DNA of 64,000 nucleotides from Octopus vulgaris (taxonomy: Eukaryota), in assembly GCA_951406725.2 (NCBI GenBank), contig OX597815.1, positions 94,488,001 to 94,552,000 on the forward strand. The letters run 5' to 3'. The notes beneath the pieces were generated by a model, which saw only the letters and a program-made list of their open reading frames with translations, was not told where the DNA came from and did no database searches. Numbering within the stretch: the stretch's first letter is position 1; every line of letters starts with the position of its first letter. This document shows, in pieces, positions 29,463 through 41,472 of the stretch. The translations under genes were made by a program, and so were the position numbers.

Positions 29463-29701
29463 CTATGGATGGAGAAGAGGAAAGGAAAGCTGCGGGGCCT
29501 TATAGGTTGCCGGGGTTTAAAATATATCGGTAAGATTTCAATCTAATGTAATGTTATATTAGTCAATGCAAAGGACAATTTAAATACAGTTTTTTGTATA
29601 ATGAATAATCCATATATTTTGGAAATTTCTAAACGAACCACTTAACTGTTTTTTGTATGTATGTCCTGTATTGTTCTTCTATGTACTGATTTTATAATCA
29701 T

Positions 29702-29707
29702 AATAAA
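29702..29707 (+). promoter_or_regulatory. Candidate polyadenylation signal AATAAA of the L1/Tx1 element
   Basis: AATAAA after a U-rich 3' UTR, 240 nt after the ORF2 stop. No poly(A) tract follows. Confidence 0.5.
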
Positions 29708-29723
29708 GAATTAATCGAAAACC

Positions 29724-29785
29724 GGTGATTGTCGTACGCTGATGACGGGTCAAGACCCAGAAACTGCAGTCCGTGTGTATCACTT
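29724..29785 (+). ncRNA. Type I hammerhead ribozyme in the 3' region of the L1/Tx1 element; predicted cleavage after GUC (29771)
   Basis: Core CTGATGA 29739-29745. Stem II GGGT(CAAG)ACCC 29747-29758 with a C.A mismatch next to the core. GAAA 29760-29763. Palindromic minimal stem III CTGCAG. GTC 29769-29771. Stem I CGTACG/CGTGTG, extended by GGTGAT/ATCACT across an internal loop. Confidence 0.8.
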
Positions 29786-29819
29786 AGGTTGACGAGGGGA
29801 GGATGACCTCCCTTTGCAA

Positions 29820-29939
29820 ATACCGTTAGGGCACAGAAAGTGTGCCTATAGCCAGCTGGAGACGATGCTCTCCTGGGGCTACAAGCTACAGTAACACCCA
29901 CCCTTAGTGGTTAGCCATATTGAGATGGCAAATATACCT

Positions 29940-29943
<4 letters not shown>
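29820..29943 (+). repeat. 3' terminal direct repeat (124 bp)
   Basis: Copy of 24130-24253; ends in ...CCTCACA and merges into (CA)n. Confidence 0.95.
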
Positions 29944-30031
<88 letters not shown>

Positions 30032-32020
30032 TGATTGTGTGTCAGATTGTGGCGGAGAAAATGTGTGAATAAATGAAAGAGTGATGCTGTGGAGTGTTGA
30101 GTAGCAGTATTAGAATGTTAAATATGGTTTTCATGTGGTTAATATTTCCAACATTAATATTAAAACATACGTGGGAGCAACCAATATAGGTAATTCGTTC
30201 CCTTATTAACCTCATTTATTTAATTCCTTTGGTACTTGTACCCTGAACCTAACCATATTTAATTTTTGAAGACACTCCAATTTAAATTCCGAGCTACTGT
30301 AATTTACGTTGAGGGAATTTTTTTCCTTTTGAACGACATAAAATTAGAAACGAAAGAAAAGAAAATAGTAAATGTATGCGCAATTGAAGATAATCAATAT
30401 TGAATATAATTAGGAAAAGTCTCGAATAATTCCATAAGTTTTCATGTACACAGACGGTCCGATAATAATTACGTTTTCTTCTTAACGATGCTAGAATATA
30501 TAATAAATCAATAAGGAAACATTGAAATTTAGTGGAAAAATAGTTTTTTTTTTTTCTGATTTGGTAGAAGACCTAGATTTATTTAGATGAGAAAGTATGA
30601 CTGCGATTTTCTCTAGATCATTAAGTGAGTAGATGATATAAAACAGTTTTAAACAAGGGCTTTACTTCAAAGGGACTTAAATTTTGTGGAAGACCCTCGA
30701 CCCAACATAGGATAAAATTTTTGTTTTTGATTAATACAAAATGAATATAATAGAGCTAATTGACATATCCGTACAACTGGCATTTTTGCATTGAGACTTA
30801 TTTTAGAGATATCACATTGAATGTTACTTGGGAACATTGTGTTCCTGACTATTGAGGTCTATCGAACGATATTGATTTCTAACATTGTGCAAGTGTATCA
30901 GATATATGTTGCATATGAAATAGTGATATTTTATGAAGTCTCAACTATTTTTATAAACATTTGACACATACTTGTTGTAAAGCGTTGCAAACTGACAGCT
31001 GTACTATGGTGGACTAGCAGCTAAGGCTGCAGGTTCCGAACCAACCTCAACACTATAACAGGGGCCAATGAGAAAGTCTTTGTATTATCACTCAACTTGT
31101 TAGAAATAGCAGTCAAATCTCCTTGAAATCATACTTTTCTATCGTAAAAAAAGAAAAGAAAACATTAGAGAATGTAGTTATAGACATATTGTATCTGAAG
31201 TGAAAGATGGGATGCAAAGAAAGCAGCTCTATTCAAGCAGAGCTACCATTAAGGCAAAAAAATACACCACAGGCAGAATGACAGAAGGGCTTCACATTTT
31301 AGCGTACATTTTGTAACTGCCATGCCACAACTAAATGTATGATATGAACAAGAAAAGTACAACTGTGTCATGCTGAATTAATGTCAAGCAAGATTTAATC
31401 ATGTCTAGTGAAATTAAATAACTTTAAGCGCAAATTCAATTCTGAAATAAAAGAATTAAAACTCGGAACCTAGATAAACAATACACAATCCTTCTTGAAA
31501 ATTTAATCAGGAAACAACTTATAGCAACTCAGAGTTTTCACAAGAGTGTTACAGAAAGTGGTATTCATGTTGTTTAAGCTCATATCAGACCTGTCTGAAC
31601 AGAACATAGTGAACGATCGTACAGATTTGCAATATCATGAACTATATTGGCGCGCGTGTCCTTTTCAAACGATAGGGTAATAACTGCAAACCGCAGTTAT
31701 ATTGTGCTTCGTTACTGAGTAATAAGAACAATATAATTGCATTAGCATTGTGGTCTGGTTGAATCTTACTGTGCTACAGGTACTTAACCTATTGACAATG
31801 AGAAAATAAAAAGCAGCAAACGAGAAATAAGAATTCACGATTTAGAAAGGTGAAACTAAATGCTATATTTCTCCGGTGAAGTTTGTTCTAAAGACTTCTC
31901 AGTAGGGCCCCAAACTGAATTAAATTCTATATGAGTTGGATGTTAACAATAGAAATGCAATCATTAGAACATAACAGAACATTTCTAAAGCTCTTTCAAC
32001 AATATTTCCCTTTTTATCCG

Positions 32021-32052
<32 letters not shown>

Positions 32053-32339
32053 TGTATGTATGTATGTATGTATGTATGTATGTATGTATGTATGCATGTA
32101 TGTATGTATGTATGTATGTATGCATGTATGCATGCGTGTGTGCATGTATGTATGCATGTATGTATGCATGTATGTATGTATGCATATATGTGTGTATGTA
32201 TGTATACATGTATGTATATATCTATGTATGTGTGTGTGTATGCATGTATGCATGCATTTATGTATGTATGTATGTATGATTTTTTCTTTGAGTTCAAGCT
32301 GGTTACTAACAAAACATCAAGACCTCTTGAGTTAAGAGC

Positions 32340-32805
32340 GTTCATGGTGTTTGTAAACATGTAGTTGAGTTAGTGTGTTGTTTGAACTGTCGATATATAC
32401 ACCTAAGTGTGTGCATCTATTCACATAAGAATCTCACAGGGATAGTGTTTGTAATGTCTTACACATCTTCACTGTGCCACTTATAGATTGGATTTGGAGA
32501 ATCCGCACCAATTTCTTATGCCCTTTGTCCTTGAAACCAGGTATTTCTAGGTTCTTGTGCAAATTTGTTGATAAACAACCAAATGCACCTATGATAATAG
32601 TTACAAATGGGAATTCATAGTCAGAGACATTGATTCGGCATAAATGTTTTCTTTCTTCTTAACTCCCAATTGTACATTCACATCTGCTTGGCCGCCGACC
32701 TCTACAATAGTGCATGACTTTTGTTCCCTGCCCCATAGAAGAATATCAGATATGTTATGTTTGCACCGAATTGATGTTTATATTGGGGTGTTCCACCAGT
32801 ATTAC
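32340..32805 (-). pseudogene. Restriction-like endonuclease C-terminal fragment of an RLE non-LTR retrotransposon
   Basis: Minus-strand translation WWNTPI*TSIRCKHNISDILLWGREQKSCTIVEV...KKKENIY and TIIIGAFG resembles the PD..D/E..K(Y)..IIGALG RLE motif order. Flanked by (ATGT)n. Confidence 0.6.
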
Positions 32806-33547
32806 TCACTGTATGTATGTATGTATGTATGTATGTATGTATGTATGTATGCATGTATGTACGTATGTAAGTTCACTCTTATAATTTTTAATTTAATTTT
32901 GACCGGCCACCTCCTCACGTTTTAAAGAAAAAGAAATTGTCATCGTCTCTTGTGTAAATGTTCAATCGTGAATAGTAAGATTTTACAAATGTTGAAGGTT
33001 CCAGATAGCACATACATTTATAGCTTATGAATTAAGGAACTATGTTCTTTCTTCACAGATCCAAGTTCAGTTATACTTTGATACAGGTGGGTTGGTATAT
33101 AACCTATAGCTCCAACAATATCATTAGTTTAGAGCTACAGATAATAGATAATGATTTGCTCATTAATCGCATGATGACTACCAGTAACGCATGATAAGTA
33201 ATAGCAACAGATTTACTCAATACAATGCGACAAACGTCAATATTATTGTTGCTAGGTGGCAATTTCTTTTGCAAACACTCATATCATTCAATGTCGATGT
33301 TTTCTACATGGTACAATCCATACAGACTTAAATCAGTCTATGAAAACTTCAAACAGATTTACTGTACTGTCTGATAGACTGACCTAAAGTTTATATCTGC
33401 AAAGTTACATTGAACAAAAAAAAAATCACAAATCCCATGACTATCTCTTCTAGAAATAATTTTACAATATATCAAAGTTGCAAAATTATATTATGAAGAA
33501 TCGTTTTGAAAGAAAATTGATTAGATGAATAGATGGGGTACATGTTT

Positions 33548-33579
<32 letters not shown>

Positions 33580-33704
33580 TGTATGTATGTATGTATGTAT
33601 GTATGTATGTATGTATGTATGTATGTGTGTGTGTATATCTATATAAGTATATACGTATATATATATATATATATATATATACACGTATATATATATATAT
33701 ATAC

Positions 33705-33769
<65 letters not shown>

Positions 33770-34047
33770 TTATATAGATAATATATCTGTAAATATAATA
33801 TACATATGTACATACATAATGCATGCATACACACATACAAATATACATACGTATGAATTGGCATATATCTTTTAAGTTGCTCTTATGCGGATGCTTTAGT
33901 CTGAGATCGTGTGCTTAGACTAAAACAATTGCATCTTTTGTAGGTTTATTTTAACCATTCCTAATTAGACATTGTTGGATGAATAAACCAATATACGTGT
34001 GTACAATTTTAATGAATAAATTGATTGCTGCTATATATATATACATA

Positions 34048-34911
34048 CTAGCAGAATTGCCCGGCGTTGCTCGGGGCTGAATTGCTTGAAAGTACTGTTA
34101 ATGATTGCACTGAATTATGATGATTATTCAGACAAATATTGATATAAGTTTACGGTGGGAGATAATGACTTAACGATCAAACGTGTGCCATTGCATTGTT
34201 TTGGGGCAACCAAATTTCTGATGAGCATTATAGGGGCACCAACTTTAAGTTTGAGAATGTGTGGTGGTAGTCCGGGGTGCTCAAAGGAATTGAGTACCTC
34301 TATTGGATAGTTGATGAAGTCGTCTGGGTTAGGAGTTGTATCGATAGACTGATATACATAGACTTCCTCAGGAATGAGTTTTAGCATTTCATCATTAATA
34401 TGGTGAACAGTTTTATTCCTCGGGGCCAGTATAGCCTTTTGGCCAATCCAATCCATATTCTGATAATTAGCTTGTGAACACTGCATCTCTGAGATCAGCT
34501 GCGAACACTGCATCTCTGAGATCAGAAGGCGTCTTAACAATGGTACAAATGGAATCGATGGCAATATTACCATTTTCATCCCCTGGTATTTTGCCTTCGC
34601 CAAGTGCAAGGAGGGTGTGAGGAAATGCTGCTGATGTGATATTACGTCGCATATGAGCACGCATATTGGTGTGAAGTTTGAGAGTTACTTCCCTTTATTA
34701 AAAAAATATGCATTAAAATGGAAAAAATGATGGTAAATTATTTTTAAAATCGTAGACTCATCGTAGACGCGCGCTAATACCCAGAAGGGCTCGATATGAA
34801 TCACGACTAAAAGATACCCACTTTTGGTTAAACTGCATCGCCAAATGTGGGATTAGTTAGGAATGTAAATCGGAGTAGATAGACACACAACCTTTCTTTT
34901 ATATATAAAGA
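34048..34911 (-). mobile_element. Non-autonomous Helitron with PIF1-like helicase fragment
   Basis: 5' TC at 34911, 3' hairpin CCCGAGCAACGCCGGG plus CTAG ending at 34048, A|T target. ORF 34124..34660 has AILAPRN, GLPPHILKLKVGAPIMLIRNL and CNGTRL. Confidence 0.9.
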
Positions 34912-35436
34912 TTTTCGTCCTAAAAAACTTTGTATGGAGTGAATGGTTACCTCTATGGAAATATATACACACACATTATACATACATGTGTGTATAGATG
35001 AATATATAAATACATTTAAATATCTATATACATTTTTGGGCGATCTTTCTGCTTCTTAGAGATAAGTTTAGATCTTACTTTCATCCTAGAAAACTTTGTG
35101 CGGAGTGAATGGATACCTCTATGGAAATATATACACACACGTTATACATACATCTGTGTATAGATGAATATATAAATACATTTAAATATCTATATACACT
35201 TTTGGGCGATCTTTCTGCTACTTGGATATACTTTAGATCTTATATTCGTCCTAAATAACTTTGTATGGAGTGAATGGTTACCTCTATGGAAATATATACA
35301 CACACATTATACATATATCTGTGTATAGATGAATATATAAATACATTTAAATATCTATATACGGTTTTGGGCGATCTTCCTACTACTTAGAGATAACTTT
35401 AGATCTTATTTTCGTCCTAAAAAACTTTGTATGGAG
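34912..35436. repeat. Tandem repeat, ~165-166-bp unit, about 3.2 copies
   Basis: GGAGTGAATGG.TACCTCTATGGAAATATATACACACAC recurs with GAATGG at 34941, 35107 and 35272; a partial fourth unit starts at ~35409. Confidence 0.9.
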
Positions 35437-35439
35437 CAG

Positions 35440-35861
35440 AGTGTGTAAAATGTATTGAAATTTGAGTTAAAAGCAAGAAAATGAAGTTAGATTTGCAAGA
35501 ATGGAAGTAGTTTACGTACATGTTCGAAATGTGAAATGTTTTAGTTGTTTAATCAAATATTTGCGTAAAGTGTATAGAAACGTAAATTGAAAAAGAAAAT
35601 GAATTGAAATTTTTAAGAAAGGAATTAGTTTACATACATGTGTGAAATGGCAAATGTTTGTGCAGTTGTCCGAAATGGAACCAGGGTAAATGTGTGGAAC
35701 TGATGTATTATAATGAATAGTCCTTGAACTGAAAACCAGTGGTGTAGCATCTAAGACCATAGGGGATCCTCTAGCAAAAAGGGATGACCAGTCTGAATGG
35801 CTCATCCCTGTCACACACACACACTCACACACTCACACACACACACACGCGCACACACGGG

Positions 35862-35895
<34 letters not shown>

Positions 35896-36561
35896 CAAAC
35901 ACACACACACACGATAGCTTACAATTTTATTTATATATTTGCGTGTCTTTGTGTGTAAAGAGGAAGTGGGAGTAATAGGCAAAGTAAAGGCTTTGAAGTG
36001 AAAGAGTGAAATGGTAAAATATTGAGTTTTCTCGAATTTTTTCTTAAATGGGGGTGAAATTGAAAGAAATTTTGTATGCCATGACCGAATGGAAGTACTT
36101 GGAAAACTCTAATTGAAGAAATTGTGTGAGGAGTAAATCGTTATGTATTTATTTGTTTCTGTTTGCTGTGTATTTTTTTTTGAGTAGTGGTTTAAGGTAC
36201 ACTTGCAAAGAGAAAGTAGGAGAAATTATGGTGATAGCATGAGGGAAGCAGTTCATCCCTGTTATATAAATAGTTTCACTTTAATTGTCGCACACTTGCA
36301 AAGAGAAAGTAGCATAAAGTGTGGTGGTAATGGTATGAGTGAAGCAGTTAAAATGAAAGAGGAAAATCTAAAAATATAGAGTTTTCTCGAATTTTTGCTT
36401 AATCGGGGGTGAAACAGGAAAAACTGTACCTGCCACGACCCGATGTGTTCTACTCGTAAAAATGATAGGTAAATTCTAATTGAAGAAATTCTATATTGTA
36501 GATTTGTATAATAAACAAACGGTTTGGGAGGCAGATAAAATCTGCCTTTTATAATAAGAGA
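35440..36561 (-). mobile_element. Helitron-derived 5' segment with its own TC terminus
   Basis: Minus strand starts A|TCTCTTATTATAAAAGGCAGATTTTATCTGCC at 36561. Internal blocks (GAAAACCAGTGGTGTAGCAT.TAAGACCATAG.GGATCCTC; TTCATCCCTGTTATATAA) are shared with the Helitron at 51960-52080. Confidence 0.6.
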
Positions 36562-36571
36562 TACACACACA

Positions 36572-36619
<48 letters not shown>

Positions 36620-36630
36620 CACACACAAAC

Positions 36631-36666
<36 letters not shown>

Positions 36667-36679
36667 ATACATATATGTT

Positions 36680-36860
36680 CTTTTCTTTTATTTGTTTCAG
36701 TCATTTGACTGCAGCCATGCTGGAGCACCACCTTTAGTCGAACAAATAGACCGCAGGACTTGTTCTTTGTACGCCTAATACTTATGCTATCGGTCACTTT
36801 TGCCGAACCATTATGTTACGGGGACGTAGACACACCACCATCGGCTGTCAAGCACAAACA

Positions 36861-36904
<44 letters not shown>

Positions 36905-37080
36905 TACACACACATATATACGACGGGCTTCTTTCACATCCGTCTGCAAAATCTACTCACAAGATTTTGGTCGGCACGATGCTATAGTAGAAGACAATTG
37001 CCCAAGGTGCTACGCAGTGGGACTGAACCCAGAACCATGTGATTGGTAAGCAAGCTACTTACCACATAGCCACTCCTACC
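36680..37080 (-). mobile_element. SINE family A copy
   Basis: Homology to 9258-9670. Confidence 0.8.
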
Positions 37081-37081
37081 C

Positions 37082-37125
<44 letters not shown>

Positions 37126-37221
37126 ACATACATCATTCGGGAATTCATTACAACAATGTCTCCTTTTGAATGGTTAAAATATATCAACGTCGGGTTAAAC
37201 TCTTCTTCTATCTATCTATCA

Positions 37222-37301
<80 letters not shown>

Positions 37302-37414
37302 GTCTGTCTGTCTTTCTATATGTCTGTCTGTCTTCCTGTTTTTGCATATATGTCTGCATATATACGCATACCAGTGGCTAGCATGCATAATAGAGTTAAT
37401 AGACAACATATTTT

Positions 37415-37919
37415 TCATATAAAATTATTGCACATTTCTACGCACAAAAGAGGTGAACTTAACAGGACACCTTGCATGCCAAAAAAAAAAAAAACAGTCA
37501 AATCCCAAATCATGAATAAGAGTAATTTCGAAGGAAATGGGAACATTGTAGACACATAATAGAATTTTCATAATTTTGAATAATGTTGGTACATAAATTT
37601 TTATTTGCTGCCGACTACAACTGCGCTTGCTCGGTGGATTTGAAAAATTATAATGAATATAGATGGACATGTGTATCTACAATGTTCCACAAATATGCAT
37701 TAATTATAGCGCCTATGCTGATGAGGACACGGAGGTCAAATTATTTTATTTGTTCATTGATGTTGAAACTTAGGTACATATGTAACTATCGAAAATGCTT
37801 TTATCTTTCATCCCCTTCGAAATTACTCTTATTTGGACTTTGACTGCTTTTTTTAGCTTGCAAGGTGTCCTGTTAAGTTCACCTCTTTTGTGTATAGAAA
37901 TGTACACTAATTTTATATG

Positions 37920-37920
<1 letters not shown>
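37415..37920. mobile_element. Fold-back/MITE-like element with ~115-125-bp imperfect terminal inverted repeats
   Basis: TCATATAAAATTA.TG.ACATTTCTA..CACAAAAGAGGTGAACTTAACAGGACACCTTGCA...AATAAGAGTAATTTCGAAGG at 37415-37540 is the reverse complement of 37809-37920. Confidence 0.85.
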
Positions 37921-37986
<66 letters not shown>

Positions 37987-38113
37987 TATATATGTATATA
38001 TATATGTATATATATATGTATGCATATATATATATGTACATACATATATATAATTGCATTGATCTACGTACACACATAAACCTTTGTGCACGCACACACA
38101 CAAACACGCACAC

Positions 38114-38166
<53 letters not shown>

Positions 38167-38540
38167 CTCTCTCTCTCTCTTTCTCATGCACGCAACACAA
38201 AGATGTGCACCTGTTTTTATAACATTTCCTGAACACTCGGAGGTGAATACGGGGTTTTCTAACGGAGAACCAATCTTTCATTTCGTGTGAAAAGACACAC
38301 TATACTCTAAAATGCGCGTTATTGGATTGGAGGGTTACGGTGTTTGTATCGCAACGATGATATCATGGGTTTGATCTCGTTGGGTGACATCTCGGACAAG
38401 CGTCATGTTCTAAAACATCCAATCCACTTTCGCTTTGTGAATGATAATGTGTAGGCGGAAATTCTGGAGAAACCCACCGAATAGGGAGATGTACTTGCAT
38501 AGCGAGTGATTTGATCTGAGATCGTGTGCTGAAACGAAAA

Positions 38541-38795
38541 CAATTGCAACGTGGAAGGTGTTTATAAGCCATTTAAGAAACACACAAAACCGTTAGATTC
38601 ACTTCAACATTTAAATTTAATTTGTCAAAATATTTTCGCTTTGAGACCGCGACCTGTTCACTGACAAAGCTTCGTGCAGGTCGGGGTCTCAAAGCGACGA
38701 AAATATTTTGACAGATTAAATTTAAATGTTGAAGTGAATCTAACGGTTTTGTGTGTTTCTTAAATGACTTATTAACACCTTCCACGCTGCAATTG
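38541..38795. repeat. Near-perfect palindrome, ~116-bp arms with a 20-bp spacer, containing a variant hammerhead-like fold
   Basis: 38541-38656 versus 38677-38795, with a few substitutions and a 3-bp indel. Confidence 0.93.
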
Positions 38796-40401
38796 ACACC
38801 GAATAGGTTCTACGTGTATTTCAATGGCCAAACCATACCACATTATGTCACGTTGATTTCACCCGACAATTACACGGAATGTATGAGTTCGTATATACAG
38901 TCATTCATGCACTTGTTTAATGAAGTGGATGTAGTAGTCCAGTTGATCGAACGGCAGAAAATTCACGGTCGGAAATTCTGACTGAGATCCACAGCACCAG
39001 GCAAAATGCTTAGCGGCATTCCGTCCAACTTTTTACTTTTCATTCTTTCGGGGGTCGATAAAATAAGTAGCCAAATAGTAGTCTGCTAGTGGGGCCAATG
39101 TAATTGTTTAAATCCTTCCTTCCAAAATTCCAGGCCGCGTGCCTATAAGTAGAAAAGATTATTATTACTGTGTGTGTGTGTGTGTGTTTATGAAACTCTG
39201 TGCTAATGTTTCAATGGTATATAAGAAATAGTGGAGTAAAAATGTTTTTGAAAGCCAGGAGATTGAACAATGATTTTTGAAGAGTGAACAATGTCATGAG
39301 GATAAGCCTGGGAAGAATCAAATGTGTATGTGGAATAGGATTATGTGTGCATTTATGTGTGTATCTGTTAAGCATGGGAGATGAAATGTATATGCAGTGA
39401 GATATGTGTATACGTCTATGTGTGAGAAAAAAAGTGTTGGGAGTATGAGCAAAATTGCATGTGAAATGTATGCGTGTGTGTATGGTGTCATATTGTAGGC
39501 TGGAAGAGAAGCGTTAGTATTTCGAGTATAGTTGTAGAGAAGTTGTATAAAAAAAAGTTTATAAATAATGTGTGATTAATTTGGTAGAAAAGAAGTGGTA
39601 AAATATAATGTTTGTGGCTAAGTTGTGGTATATTTTAGAGAAGTTGGTTATCAATAACATCTGGTTTAGACGTGTTTAAGTCTAAGTCCAACTAACTCTT
39701 ATAACAAATCCGGAAAACAGGAGTACCATGGTGTTATGTCATTCCTAAAACAGTGACATATATGGGGCATAGAAGTATTGAGGCGGTAGAACAGAGACCA
39801 TAGTTATTCAGTGTTGTTACGTGATATTTCCTGCGGATAATTCGTAAAACGATTATGAAGCCAGCAACTACTTGTTCCTCTATACAGTGGATCATACAGT
39901 TACAAGTTAATATAGTAGATGATATTTGTAGGTTAGTACTGATATAGAAACACGAAACGAATGTGTGAAAGGTGGCGATATTAATGAAGGGACATGTTTG
40001 AAATGTGTTTCAACCTTACGCCAGCAATGTAAAAACCATTACCACGGAACTACCGCCAATTTCTCCCTATAATTTGACAAAATCCTGTTGCGAAACGAAC
40101 GAGACTAATTTTCTTAGAAGTATTGCTTCATTCAATTGAATATACTTACTGTGTATCTATGCATTGACTACTTTGCTTAAACTGTGTCATGTTGCTTCGT
40201 TTACGTTTGAAAGTGTAACACATAGCAACACGGACACATGCACGCGCCCACACACAAACACATACGCACACAAACATATATATAACCATGTAATTTTCAA
40301 TATATCCTTGCAAATTGACTATGATGTAACATCAGAGAAAAGTGTAGCTACTAAGTTAATGAGTTCAAACATATATCATTAAATAATAAAAAAACCCATT
40401 T

Positions 40402-40476
<75 letters not shown>

Positions 40477-40837
40477 CTGAGCAGGGAGAGAGTGTCAGGG
40501 ATAAAGAATGGAAGCAAGAAGGACGCGATAATGAGCATAGAAATAATAAAAGGAAAAAAGAGAAGAGAAAAGAAAACAAGAAGAAAGTAAAGAAAAAACA
40601 TGTCTACACACACATAATACGGGAGTTGTTTAGAGATAGTGACTTCTGAGCAAAACCACTTTTCAGTTCTTCCGAATAGAATTTCTGTTCAAAATTCTAG
40701 AACTATGTATCTCAATTATTGCTCTCCTTTATTAAACATTTTTACTTTACTTTACGTATTGAGTCCTCTCTCTCTAATTTCCAAAGTCAAACCTGCATAT
40801 ATATATATGCATTGTATCATGTATAATATATACTACA

Positions 40838-40962
<125 letters not shown>

Positions 40963-41244
40963 GTCATGATTTATATATATATATATATAAATGTGTGTGT
41001 GTGTGTGTGTATGCGTGTGTGTGTATGTGTGTGTGTGTGAAACATTATATATTTCATAATATACATGTAAGACACACACAGAGGCAAAAACAAAACGTTT
41101 TTGGTAGTGCATAGGATAGTATATTGCTAAGAAAAAGAAGGTTTGTTAGAAGTTAAGGAATTGTTCTTTAGATTATTCATATACAGGTACAAAAATCTTC
41201 AAATTTTCCAAGGAAATAAAATGGAAGGAAATGAAAAAAAAGTT

Positions 41245-41427
41245 AAATATTTACGTTATTACATTATTCACAATTGAGGAATATTTGACCTCACCTTGTT
41301 TGTTGTTAACACAACGTTTCGGCTGATATACCTTCGAGCCTTCATCAGGTGTCTTGGGGAAATTTCGAACCTGGGTTCTCATTCATAAGGTATTTTTCGA
41401 TGTTTATTATTATTATTATTATTATTA

Positions 41428-41472
<45 letters not shown>

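Larger units (their letters stand above)
24130..29943 (+). mobile_element. L1/Tx1-type non-LTR retrotransposon, near full length, bounded by 124-bp direct repeats and inserted in a microsatellite
   Basis: ORF1 with CCHC knuckle, then ORF2 with APE, RT and a C-terminal zinc finger. Terminal direct repeats at 24130-24253 and 29820-29943. Flanks are (TA)n on the left and (CA)n(TA)n(GA)n on the right. Confidence 0.92.

Noticed and set aside
24130-29943. LTR retrotransposon interpretation of the direct repeats
   Set aside because: No TG...CA termini, PBS, PPT, protease, RNase H or integrase. ORF2 is APE-RT of L1/Tx1 type.
34912-35436. CRISPR-like or other regularly spaced array
   Set aside because: Whole units are repeated with no unique spacers, and the context is eukaryotic. 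It is an ordinary tandem repeat.
37715-37745. CTGATGAG motif (also CTGACGAG at ~51785 and CTGATGAC at ~42840)
   Set aside because: No correctly placed GAAA, NUH or flanking stems.
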